Shown: positions 55,780-64,000 of the stretch, piece by piece
Numbering within the stretch: the first letter of the stretch is position 1
How the letters are laid out: every line of letters starts with the position of its first letter
NCBI GenBank assembly: GCA_965140415.1
Contig: OZ223209.1
Span: 5,856,001-5,920,000, forward strand
From: Myxococcota bacterium
Lineage (GTDB): Bacteria > Myxococcota_A > SURF-8
Reading direction: 5' to 3'
Length of the DNA: 64,000 nucleotides
The notes under the pieces: generated by a model
Told to the model about the DNA's origin: nothing
Seen by the model: the letters and a program-made list of their open reading frames with translations, nothing else
Databases searched by the model: none
Made by a program: the position numbers and the translations under genes

Positions 55780-55958
55780 GCCGGTTTCCGTGTGAAATCC
55801 GTCGCAACCGGAAAGGCGGTTGCCGAGCCGGAAAGGTGATTGTTCGGAAAACCTACAACACTGACACCGTGACTAAATTCTGATGACACGATACATCAAA
55901 ATCATGATCGGCGCAAGCGTCTCCCCCTTTTTCATCATTTTATAGAGTAGAATGAACG

Positions 55959-56002
55959 AAAAATAGCCATGGCGCTCCACACGGAGAAAACGCCATGGCT
56001 AC
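55959..56002 (-). terminator. Rho-independent terminator after slyD
   Basis: TAGCCATGGCG...CGCCATGGCTA inverted repeat, followed by a T-run on the minus strand. Confidence 0.7.
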
Positions 56003-56038
56003 AGGATATTACGGAAAAGTCGGATTACGCCAATCGCT

Positions 56039-56536
56039 TTAGTTGCTCTTTTCGGGGCTGTCCGTTCCCATCAGCGGAGCGGCGGCGTTCATCAACTCGT
56101 CTTCGGTGGCCGGACGCACTTCACGCACGGTAATTTCATATTGAAGGGCCTGACCTGCCAGGGGATGATTCGCATCCAGTACCACTTCTTCAGAGGTGAT
56201 ATCGTGCACCGTCAGTTTGATCTGCTCTCCCCGATCGTTGACGGCGTCGAAGGTCGAACCCACGCTCAGTGGAACTTCTTCGGGAATTTCCATGCGCGGA
56301 ACCGTTACCACCAAGCCTTCATCGCGTTGGCCATAGGCTTCTTCGGCAATCAGGCTTACATCGAATTTGTCGCCAGCCTCATGATTTTTCATGCGTTTTT
56401 CAAGTCCCGGAATCAGCATCTGATAACCGAAAATGAAAGAAGGGGGATTATCCACCCGCGAGGCTTCGATCAGCTCTCCCTCTTCGTTGCGAAGTACGTA
56501 CTCGAATACTACAAAACTGTTCCGGTCGATTTTCAT
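56039..56536 (-). CDS. slyD: FKBP-type peptidyl-prolyl isomerase (SlyD-like, no His-rich tail)
   Basis: LIPGLE, EEAYG, DANHPLAG, VREVRPATEDEL. Confidence 0.88.
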   Translation of the reverse strand: MKIDRNSFVVFEYVLRNEEGELIEASRVDNPPSFIFGYQMLIPGLEKRMKNHEAGDKFDVSLIAEEAYGQRDEGLVVTVPRMEIPEEVPLSVGSTFDAVNDRGEQIKLTVHDITSEEVVLDANHPLAGQALQYEITVREVRPATEDELMNAAAPLMGTDSPEKSN

Positions 56537-56896
56537 GGCCTCGCTCCCTTGAATTAGTTCAGACCGGAATTTTATGCGAGTTATCTTTCGCCGACCGGTC
56601 TATTCTGAAACACGCCTCACCCATACCGCATCCCTTTGGCTAGTGCAACGCTTTTTTCCACTTCTTTCCCATTCCGTAAAGTTTCTTACAATCGTGTCCA
56701 TTCCTCTTGCTTTCTAAGCATGGACAGGTAGAATCAAAACAGGTTCGGGAAGTAATGGATTCGGAAGGGGAAAGCGAGCCGAATGAAAGACAACAGTCGG
56801 CAACTCGGCTTTTTGGCCAATTAGGGACGAAGTCATTTTCCCTTGTTAAACAGGTAATGTTAAGCAGCCTTTTCATTGTAGACAAATGGGGATTGC

Positions 56897-59662
56897 ATGG
56901 CTCGCGTACTGGTGGTAGACGATGAAAAAGGAATGCGGTTTACGCTAAACGAATTTCTGACTCAGCAAAACCACGTCGTGTACGCTGCCCGAGAGGGCAA
57001 CGAAGCACTTGAATTAGCCAGGGAGATCGAACTGGATGTCGCCCTGGTGGATATCATTCTGCCCGGTATGGACGGGGTGGAACTGCTGGGCGAATTGAAA
57101 AAGCTGCAAGAGGATCTGCAAATTATCCTGATGTCCGGTGAACCGACTGTCGATACCGCCATTCGTGCCATGCGCGCCGGGGCTTTCGATTTTCTTTCCA
57201 AACCCGTCCCTCTAAACGCCATCCAGCGCATCGTCGGTCAGGCCATGCAGGTCAAAAGCCTGAAAGATGAAAACAAGCGGCTGTGGCGGGAAAACGAGCG
57301 GCATCGGGAAAACCTGGAAGAAATGATTCGGGAGCGTACGCAGCAGCTTCGGGATTCCGAGCAGCGCTTCCGTCAGTTTTTCGAAGCCGGACTGGAAGGT
57401 CTGCTTTTCCACGATCAGGGACGTATTCTGGATGCCAACAGCTCCTTGCTGAACATGTTCGGATACGAGGCGACTCCGGGAATCGTCGGCACAGGTGTGC
57501 TAAACCTGCTTGCTGGTGAAACCGACACGGAAGTCCTGAAGCAGATCGACGCCGAATTAAAGGAGCCAACCGGAAAAATACTGGAAGCACTGGGTCAACA
57601 GCGGGAAGGGCGGCAGTTCAACATCGAAATCTCTTCCCATCCGTTTCCGACCAAAGACGATGTGACCGGCGTTGTCGTCGTGCGCGACATCACCCTTCGC
57701 AAAACCGCTCAACACGCACTGGGCGAAAGCGAACAAAAACTGGATCTGATCACGCGCAACATGAACGACATGGTCAGCCTGGCAGACAACAACCTTCGTT
57801 TCGTTTACGTCAGTCCCTCCCACACGCTGCACCTGGGGTATGCAGAGGAAGAACTGCTGGGCAAGTCGGTCTTCGAGTACCTGTGCCCGGAAGATCTGGA
57901 AACGGTTACCGACAAACTGACCGAAAGCATGTTGACCAACGAAGCACGTCATGCCGACTACCGCTTTCGCCATAAAGACGGACATCTGGTCTGGATACGC
58001 ACTTCCGGCGGTTTCATTCAGGATGAAAGCGGTCGACGCGTGGGAGCCGTGTTCAGTTCCCAGGATATCACCGAATACCGGCGTACCGAAATGGCCTTAC
58101 GACAGAGCGAGGAACGCTATCGCACTATCACCGAAACATCCAAAGATATCATCTGGTATTACGATCTGGCGAAAAGACACTTCAGTTTCACTTCTAAAGC
58201 CGTAACGGACCTGCTTGGATATTCGCTCGAAGAGGTTGAAGGATATACACTGGTGGATATCCTTACTCATGATTCCGCCAAAATGGCGACAGCCGCTTTA
58301 AACGATTTGATCGCCGACAATTCCCCTGAAAAACAGGTGCTAATTCAAGCTGAACACATACATAAAGATGGTCATCTCGTCTGGTTGGAGGTCAGTGGTT
58401 CGCTTATTTTAGATGAGCAGGACCAGCCGATTGCCGTGGCGGGCATCTCGCGCGATATCACAGAACGGCGCGAGAAAGAAAGATTGAAGAACCGGCTTCG
58501 CGAAACCCAGAAAATGGAAGCCTTGGCCAGATTGGCCGACGGCGTTGCCTATGACTTCTCCGGTCTGCTGGGCGCCATCGACGAGCGCCTGCAACGGTTG
58601 TTACTGGACCGACCGGACGATGCGGAATTGAAACAGACCGTGCAGGGGATACTTGATCTCACGCAACGGGGCGGCGATCTGACCCATCGCCTGTTGACGA
58701 TCAGCCGCAAACAGCGAATCGAAATGCAGCCGGTATCCGTCAATTCCATGCTGGACGATCTGACCGGGGTCGTCTGCCAGGTGCTGGGCGAAAAGATCCA
58801 GCTTCAACAAACACTGGCGGAAGATCTGGCGACCATTTCGGCAGATCCCGCTCAATTGGAACAGGTGATTCTAACTCTTGCTTTGCGCGCCCGTGCAGAT
58901 ATGGAAGAGGGCGGACGCTTCTTCATCCAGACCACCCAGGTTTTCCTGGAAGAAAATGTCAACTGGGAAAATCCGGCGATGAAATCGGGTGACTACGTTA
59001 CGATCGTGCTTTCCGATACCGGACGCGGCTTGGATGACGAACAGAAAACGCACGTTTTCGAACCTTTCTTCGAGCAGTCACCCGAAACAGGACAAACGGG
59101 GTTGGGGCTGGCCATGGTCTATGGAATCGTTCGGCAGCACGGCGGAATGATTCACGTGTATTCCGAGCCGGATAAAGGCACGACCTTCCGCCTGTATTTT
59201 CCAACGGTTTCCGCAAACGAGCAGGGCATTCAGCAAAACGAAAAGCAACTGCCGCTTCCCACCGGCAAGGAAACCATTCTACTGGTCGAGGATGACAGCT
59301 CCTTGCGTGAACTGATGAAACAAACATTGCAGGGATTGGGTTATACCGTCATCGAAAGCTCTTCCGCCGAGCAAGCCTTGCAAAAAAGCGAAGAAGCCGC
59401 TTTGGCAATCGACCTGATGGTGACCGATCTCGTGCTTCCCGGCCTTGACGGTCAGGGTCTGACCCGGGAAATGCTCTTGCGTCGCCCGAACCTTGCCGTA
59501 CTGCTCATTTCCGGCTACAGTCAGGAACTGGTGCTGTATCACGGCATGCTCACCCAACGCACACAGTTCCTTTCCAAGCCTTTCAGTCCGCGCACACTTG
59601 CCTTTAAAATCCGCCAGATTCTGGATGACGGCAATGACGTGGCGGAAGAGCGGCTCAGCTAG
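56897..59662 (+). CDS. REC-PAS-PAS-PAS-HisKA/HATPase-REC hybrid sensor with degenerate H- and N-boxes
   Basis: N-terminal REC (VVDDE, DIILPG), three PAS/PAC domains, H-box GVAYDFSG, SDTGRG, FEPFF, TGLGL, C-terminal REC (LVEDD, TDLVLPG). Confidence 0.85.
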   Translation: MARVLVVDDEKGMRFTLNEFLTQQNHVVYAAREGNEALELAREIELDVALVDIILPGMDGVELLGELKKLQEDLQIILMSGEPTVDTAIRAMRAGAFDFLSKPVPLNAIQRIVGQAMQVKSLKDENKRLWRENERHRENLEEMIRERTQQLRDSEQRFRQFFEAGLEGLLFHDQGRILDANSSLLNMFGYEATPGIVGTGVLNLLAGETDTEVLKQIDAELKEPTGKILEALGQQREGRQFNIEISSHPFPTKDDVTGVVVVRDITLRKTAQHALGESEQKLDLITRNMNDMVSLADNNLRFVYVSPSHTLHLGYAEEELLGKSVFEYLCPEDLETVTDKLTESMLTNEARHADYRFRHKDGHLVWIRTSGGFIQDESGRRVGAVFSSQDITEYRRTEMALRQSEERYRTITETSKDIIWYYDLAKRHFSFTSKAVTDLLGYSLEEVEGYTLVDILTHDSAKMATAALNDLIADNSPEKQVLIQAEHIHKDGHLVWLEVSGSLILDEQDQPIAVAGISRDITERREKERLKNRLRETQKMEALARLADGVAYDFSGLLGAIDERLQRLLLDRPDDAELKQTVQGILDLTQRGGDLTHRLLTISRKQRIEMQPVSVNSMLDDLTGVVCQVLGEKIQLQQTLAEDLATISADPAQLEQVILTLALRARADMEEGGRFFIQTTQVFLEENVNWENPAMKSGDYVTIVLSDTGRGLDDEQKTHVFEPFFEQSPETGQTGLGLAMVYGIVRQHGGMIHVYSEPDKGTTFRLYFPTVSANEQGIQQNEKQLPLPTGKETILLVEDDSSLRELMKQTLQGLGYTVIESSSAEQALQKSEEAALAIDLMVTDLVLPGLDGQGLTREMLLRRPNLAVLLISGYSQELVLYHGMLTQRTQFLSKPFSPRTLAFKIRQILDDGNDVAEERLS

Positions 59663-59918
59663 CGGTCATCTAAACACCAGCTTCATCCTCACTGTGATAC
59701 TGAATTCGATCCTATATCTCATCGATTCCGTTAGAGATTCCGTATCACGTATGGAATAACATCCACATTTCAAATGTTATTGAGATGGGTTGTTGAGGTA
59801 GCTCTGCCGCTGGCAATATGGTATCTTATTAGAACGACTTGCAGTCGCAATACGGGTTGAATCAGATCGTAACCGGTCCTCCATCGGAAGGCCCATCGAG
59901 TGGGACAGGAGTCTATTC

Positions 59919-62900
59919 TTGCATGTGACACAGAAAAGCCATGACTGGCTGAACCGTTGTATCCGGGTTTGTCTTTGTTTGTTGATTCTGTTGCCGGTGC
60001 CTGCACTGGCGCAAACCTACGAGCAACGGTTTTCGAAATTGCAGCACCAGATCGAACGTGCGCCTCAACGACCCCAGGCCGTTTTGGAACTGGATCAACT
60101 GGTCGATCTGGCCAACAACGTCGAGAATCCGGAGCGTATCTACCAACTTGCCCGAAAGATTCTGGCGAACAAGCGCAGCAGTTTACAGCTTCGCCTGGAT
60201 GCCCGCTGGCAACTTTGGGAAGAAGCCTGGCGCAGTGGCGATACCGAAACGATTGAACGGGCGCTTGCTCAACTGGGGCAGATCACGCGCTGGAAGGTCA
60301 TCGGCCCCTTCGACAACGAAGGCGGCAACGGTTTCGACACCGAATATCCGCCCGAAAAGGAATACGACCCGGAAGCCCTGTATCCGGGCAAAGTGCGCGA
60401 TGTCGGCTGGCGGAATTTTCCCGCAATTTCGCAACTGGAAGGCTACCAGAACTTCCGTGTGATTTTTACGCCCGAGTCCAACAGCACCGCCTATGCCATG
60501 GCGCGTGTGTACGCAGCTAAAACGCAGAAAGCGCTATTGGTTCTGGCCGCCGGAGGTTCGCTCAAACTCTGGCATAATGGAGAACAAGTCGCCGCCTGGT
60601 CGGAAGAGCGACCCGCCCGGCGCATTCAAACGGTGGTTCCTATTACCCTGAAACGTGGCATCAACACCCTGCTCGTCAAAGTCAATGGACGCGAAGGCGA
60701 CTGGGGTTTCCGTGTGGGATTGTTGAACGCAAAAGGGCAAGCGTTACCGAAGCTTCCCGGACTGACGCCCGGTGAGACATCCGACCGGCGTGCGCCTTTC
60801 CCCGCCGACAAACAGACGTTGCGCCTGCGCAACACCCGCCCGAATAAGGAACTTCCTTTGGCCGTGCAACGGTTAAAGCGAGCATTTAAAAAGCATCCCG
60901 ATGTCAAGGGCGCGTTATCCATCAGCCAACTACACGAGCGGCGGCGCGCATTCGAACCGGAAAAGAAGCTGCACGAAGAATGGGCCGAGAAGGCCTTGGA
61001 ACTGGATGGCAGCAATGCCGAAGCGCTTTTGTGGTGCGCAAACGTGTTCGGCAATCACAACCGACGCTACGCCTGCCTGTCGCAGGGGCGCAGCCTGTAT
61101 CCCAAAGATGGCCGCTTCTCCTTGGCGTTGGCCAGCTTCCTGCAAAAAGAAGGTCAGGATCTGCAAGCCGGAAATCTGCTGACTACCATAAGCGACGATC
61201 CCTGGGTGGATATCGAAGCCGTGGAAAAGCGGATCGAAATGTACAACGAACACAGTCAACCCGCCCTGGCGCTGCAACTCGCACGGGAACTGCGAAAACG
61301 CTATCCGCAGGTGCGGCAAAGCGCCATCATTCTGGCCAAGCAACTGGAACGCATGAACCTGGATGACGAATCCCTGCCGATACGCATGAGCCTTGCCAAT
61401 AGCAATAAAGGTGCTCTTGCCACTCTGCACTGGATCTACTCGTATCATTACCGACGCCGCGATCTGGACACCGCGCAGCAATGGCTGCAAAAGATGATCG
61501 AACTGGACCCGGCGCAGATCATGAACCGGGTGCGGCTGTCCCGCCTGTATCAGGCGCAGGAAAAATTCGACGAAGCACGCAACTGCCTGCAACAGGCGCT
61601 CGACATCTCGCCGGAAGACACCACACTGATCGATCGGTTGGCGGAGTTGGAACATCGCATGGGGCGCAGCGATCTGGCCATGGAACTGTGGCGGCGTTCG
61701 CTGGAAATCATGCCGCAAAATCCCACGTTGAAGGAATATCTGCGTTTGTTGGAGCCGCAGACCGCCAGCTTCGAAAATGCCTATCGTCGCGAACTGGAAG
61801 CTTTGGTGCAAGCGTACCCAGCCGATGTCGACAGCGAGGAAATGGCCGAAGAACTGTTGGAACTGAAAGTGTTCAAGGTCTTCGCCAACGGCCTGTCCAG
61901 CCATTTCCACCAGCAGGTGGTGCGCGTCTACACGCAGGGCGGCATCGACCGCTACCGCCGTTTCTACGTTCGCTATTCGCCGGATCGGCAGGAAGTGCGT
62001 ATTTTAAAGGCGCGGGTGCTGCGCCCGGACGGGGAGATCGTCGAGCGTTACGACGAGGATGACCGCAGCGTCAACCGCTCCTACAAACTGTACCACGACT
62101 ACCGGGTGCACGTGGTCGATTTCCCGGATCTGCAACCGGGCGATGTGGTGGAGTTGCAATACCGGCTGGACGACATCGCCGCTGACAACCTGTTCTCCGA
62201 CTATTTCGGTAATTTAAGCATGATGCAGGGCGCGGTGCCGATTCGGGACATGCAACTCGTCTACCTGATTCCCAAGGAAAAACCCTTATACTACAACCAC
62301 CCTGCTCTGAAACCCGAGCCGCAGATTCAGCAACTCGATGGCCTGATCGAATACAACTGGCACGTAACCGACATTCCCAAAATTCGCTACGAGGCTGCCA
62401 GCCCGCCGCAGGTGGAAATCGCCGATTATCTGCACGTCAGCACCTTTAAAGACATCGACGCGTTGGGCAACTGGTACTGGGGGCTGATCAAAGAGCAGTT
62501 CGTGCCCAAAGAAGCCTTAAAGAAAAAGGCGCGGGAAATCACGGCGGACTTGAGCGATCCGCTGGAGAAGATCAAGGCGATTTACGCCTGGGTGGTGCAG
62601 AACACCCGCTACGTTGGGTTGGAATTCGGTATCCACAGTTTCAAACCCTACCAGGTCAACCAGATTTACGAACGCAAGTTCGGCGACTGTAAGGACAAGG
62701 CCACCCTGATGATCACCCTGCTGCGCGAAGCGGGCATCCGTGCCTGGATGACGATTATCCGTACCAGCAATCTGGGGCAGATCGCCACCTATCCGCCGTC
62801 ATTGGCCATGTTCAACCATGCCATCGTTTACCTGCCCGACTACGACCTATACCTCGACGGCACCGCCGAATTCTCCGGTCCCTTCGAGTTGCCCTATCAG

Positions 62901-63614
62901 GATCGCGGCGGACAGGTGATGTTACTGGGCGAGGAGAAAACCCTCTTCACCCAGGTTCCCGCCGAAGATCCGGCAGCCAATCTGTTCAGGCAATATATGA
63001 CGATCACTCTGGGAGATGACAACTCGGCGACCTTGACCAACCGGGTAAAGGTTTCCGGTTCCCGCGCCAGCTTGTTCCGCTCCCATTTCCAGGATGTCAA
63101 GCGCCGCAAGGAGTTTTTGGAAAAGCTGATCAACCAGGATATTCCCGGTGCCAAGCTGCAAAACTTCCAGTTCGACTCCATCGGCGACTTGATGCAGCCG
63201 GTGAGTTTCAATTATGAAGCGCTATTGCCCGATTACCTTCGCAAGGAAGGCGACGGCTACGCCATTGCGGCGCATCTGGACCGGGTGGATCTGGTCAAGC
63301 AGTTCGCTTCGCTGTCCAAGCGCGAACAACCGGTAATGATCGACCGCCTGCAAACACTGGAAACCACGAACGAATGGCAACTGGGTTCCCGCTTTATCGT
63401 AACGGAACTGCCCGAAGCGGTGAACATCGAAAACGAGTTGGGCGCTTTCTCCATGACCTTCGAACAACAGGGCGACATGCTTCGCGCCCAGGTAAAGCTG
63501 GTATTCAAGAAAAACCGGATTCCGCAGCAACGCTACGAAGAATTCCGCGCCTTTTGTCAGGAAGTGACGCAGGCGTATCGCCAGGAGATCAAATTACGTG
63601 ATGCGAACGACTAA
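59919..63614 (+). CDS. Secreted TPR + DUF3857 + transglutaminase-like protein
   Basis: Signal peptide (PALA-Q), W.VIGPFDN beta domain, TPRs, FPDLQPGDVVE, RYVGLEFG, GDCKDKA (Cys), FNHAI (His), LDGT (Asp). Confidence 0.85.
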   Translation: MHVTQKSHDWLNRCIRVCLCLLILLPVPALAQTYEQRFSKLQHQIERAPQRPQAVLELDQLVDLANNVENPERIYQLARKILANKRSSLQLRLDARWQLWEEAWRSGDTETIERALAQLGQITRWKVIGPFDNEGGNGFDTEYPPEKEYDPEALYPGKVRDVGWRNFPAISQLEGYQNFRVIFTPESNSTAYAMARVYAAKTQKALLVLAAGGSLKLWHNGEQVAAWSEERPARRIQTVVPITLKRGINTLLVKVNGREGDWGFRVGLLNAKGQALPKLPGLTPGETSDRRAPFPADKQTLRLRNTRPNKELPLAVQRLKRAFKKHPDVKGALSISQLHERRRAFEPEKKLHEEWAEKALELDGSNAEALLWCANVFGNHNRRYACLSQGRSLYPKDGRFSLALASFLQKEGQDLQAGNLLTTISDDPWVDIEAVEKRIEMYNEHSQPALALQLARELRKRYPQVRQSAIILAKQLERMNLDDESLPIRMSLANSNKGALATLHWIYSYHYRRRDLDTAQQWLQKMIELDPAQIMNRVRLSRLYQAQEKFDEARNCLQQALDISPEDTTLIDRLAELEHRMGRSDLAMELWRRSLEIMPQNPTLKEYLRLLEPQTASFENAYRRELEALVQAYPADVDSEEMAEELLELKVFKVFANGLSSHFHQQVVRVYTQGGIDRYRRFYVRYSPDRQEVRILKARVLRPDGEIVERYDEDDRSVNRSYKLYHDYRVHVVDFPDLQPGDVVELQYRLDDIAADNLFSDYFGNLSMMQGAVPIRDMQLVYLIPKEKPLYYNHPALKPEPQIQQLDGLIEYNWHVTDIPKIRYEAASPPQVEIADYLHVSTFKDIDALGNWYWGLIKEQFVPKEALKKKAREITADLSDPLEKIKAIYAWVVQNTRYVGLEFGIHSFKPYQVNQIYERKFGDCKDKATLMITLLREAGIRAWMTIIRTSNLGQIATYPPSLAMFNHAIVYLPDYDLYLDGTAEFSGPFELPYQDRGGQVMLLGEEKTLFTQVPAEDPAANLFRQYMTITLGDDNSATLTNRVKVSGSRASLFRSHFQDVKRRKEFLEKLINQDIPGAKLQNFQFDSIGDLMQPVSFNYEALLPDYLRKEGDGYAIAAHLDRVDLVKQFASLSKREQPVMIDRLQTLETTNEWQLGSRFIVTELPEAVNIENELGAFSMTFEQQGDMLRAQVKLVFKKNRIPQQRYEEFRAFCQEVTQAYRQEIKLRDAND

Positions 63615-64000
63615 TCACATTCTATACATCGCCGTATTTGTCGGCTTGCTTTTCATCAACGGCTGCGCGTCGTTTTCGGCGGCGCTGTACAACCAGCCTC
63701 CCGATGCACCCGGCGTGCAGCAGAGACTGCAAGAATTGGAAAACCGGGCAGTGCAGCGGGGTGACGCCGATCTGTTACTGGAAGCGGGTTGGGCTGCATG
63801 GACGTTGAATAACGACGCGGAGCGCGCACAATCCTTGTGGAAAAAAGCCGAGGCGCTTTCCCCGAAGAGGGCCGAGATCCCCATGGCGCTGGCTCAGACC
63901 TATTATTTCGGAGGCCATTTCCAATTGGCGCAGCAGGCCTGCCTACGGGTGCTGGCACAGCAGCCGGGTGGCATTTATGCACGGCTGGCGGCGGCGCGGT
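63601..64000 (+). CDS. TPR-containing lipoprotein, partial; runs off the window end
   Basis: Not in the ORF track. MRTTNHILYIAVFVGLLFINGC (lipobox) followed by TPR-like helices; overlaps the upstream stop by 14 nt. Confidence 0.7.
   Translation, partial: MRTTNHILYIAVFVGLLFINGCASFSAALYNQPPDAPGVQQRLQELENRAVQRGDADLLLEAGWAAWTLNNDAERAQSLWKKAEALSPKRAEIPMALAQTYYFGGHFQLAQQACLRVLAQQPGGIYARLAAAR

Noticed and set aside
55780-55860. Moco/Wco riboswitch upstream of fdhD (two CCGGAAAGG repeats, GCAACCG/CGGTTGC hairpin)
   Set aside because: The GNRA-like GAAA loops read on the strand opposite to fdhD, and I could not map the conserved Moco motif; an Infernal scan would settle it.

Overview
A GC-rich bacterial window. 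Its gene content suggests an anaerobic Myxococcota/Desulfobacterota-like organism, which is an inference rather than a taxonomic call. Anaerobic redox modules: a metF-like/PAS kinase/hdrC/hdrB operon, an HdrA-HdrA'-ferredoxin-MvhD fusion with a DsrK/HdrD-like partner, and a cytoplasmic selenocysteine formate dehydrogenase with NuoE/NuoF-like subunits. The ORF track splits that FDH at an in-frame UGA followed by a SECIS hairpin. Housekeeping genes: tRNA-Gly(CCC), a trmJ-like gene, glmU, glmS, an rhlE-like helicase, cyclophilin and slyD. Myxobacterial-style accessory genes: two large Ser/Thr kinases, a 2349-aa Cys-rich repeat lipoprotein, further Cys-rich/DGD-motif lipoproteins and a TPR-DUF3857-transglutaminase protein. 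The best candidates for undescribed systems are (i) an apparently catalytically altered MTHFR homologue co-transcribed with a PAS kinase and HdrCB, (ii) a Cys-rich lipoprotein + GT-C membrane enzyme + two radical SAM enzymes, and (iii) a receptor-topology Ser/Thr kinase directly upstream of glmU-glmS. Also present are a His-less pseudo-hybrid kinase, an IS110 remnant with a structured 5' non-coding end and a REP-like cluster. No CRISPR array, rRNA or intact mobile element was seen. All functional calls come from motif recognition by eye, with no database search.
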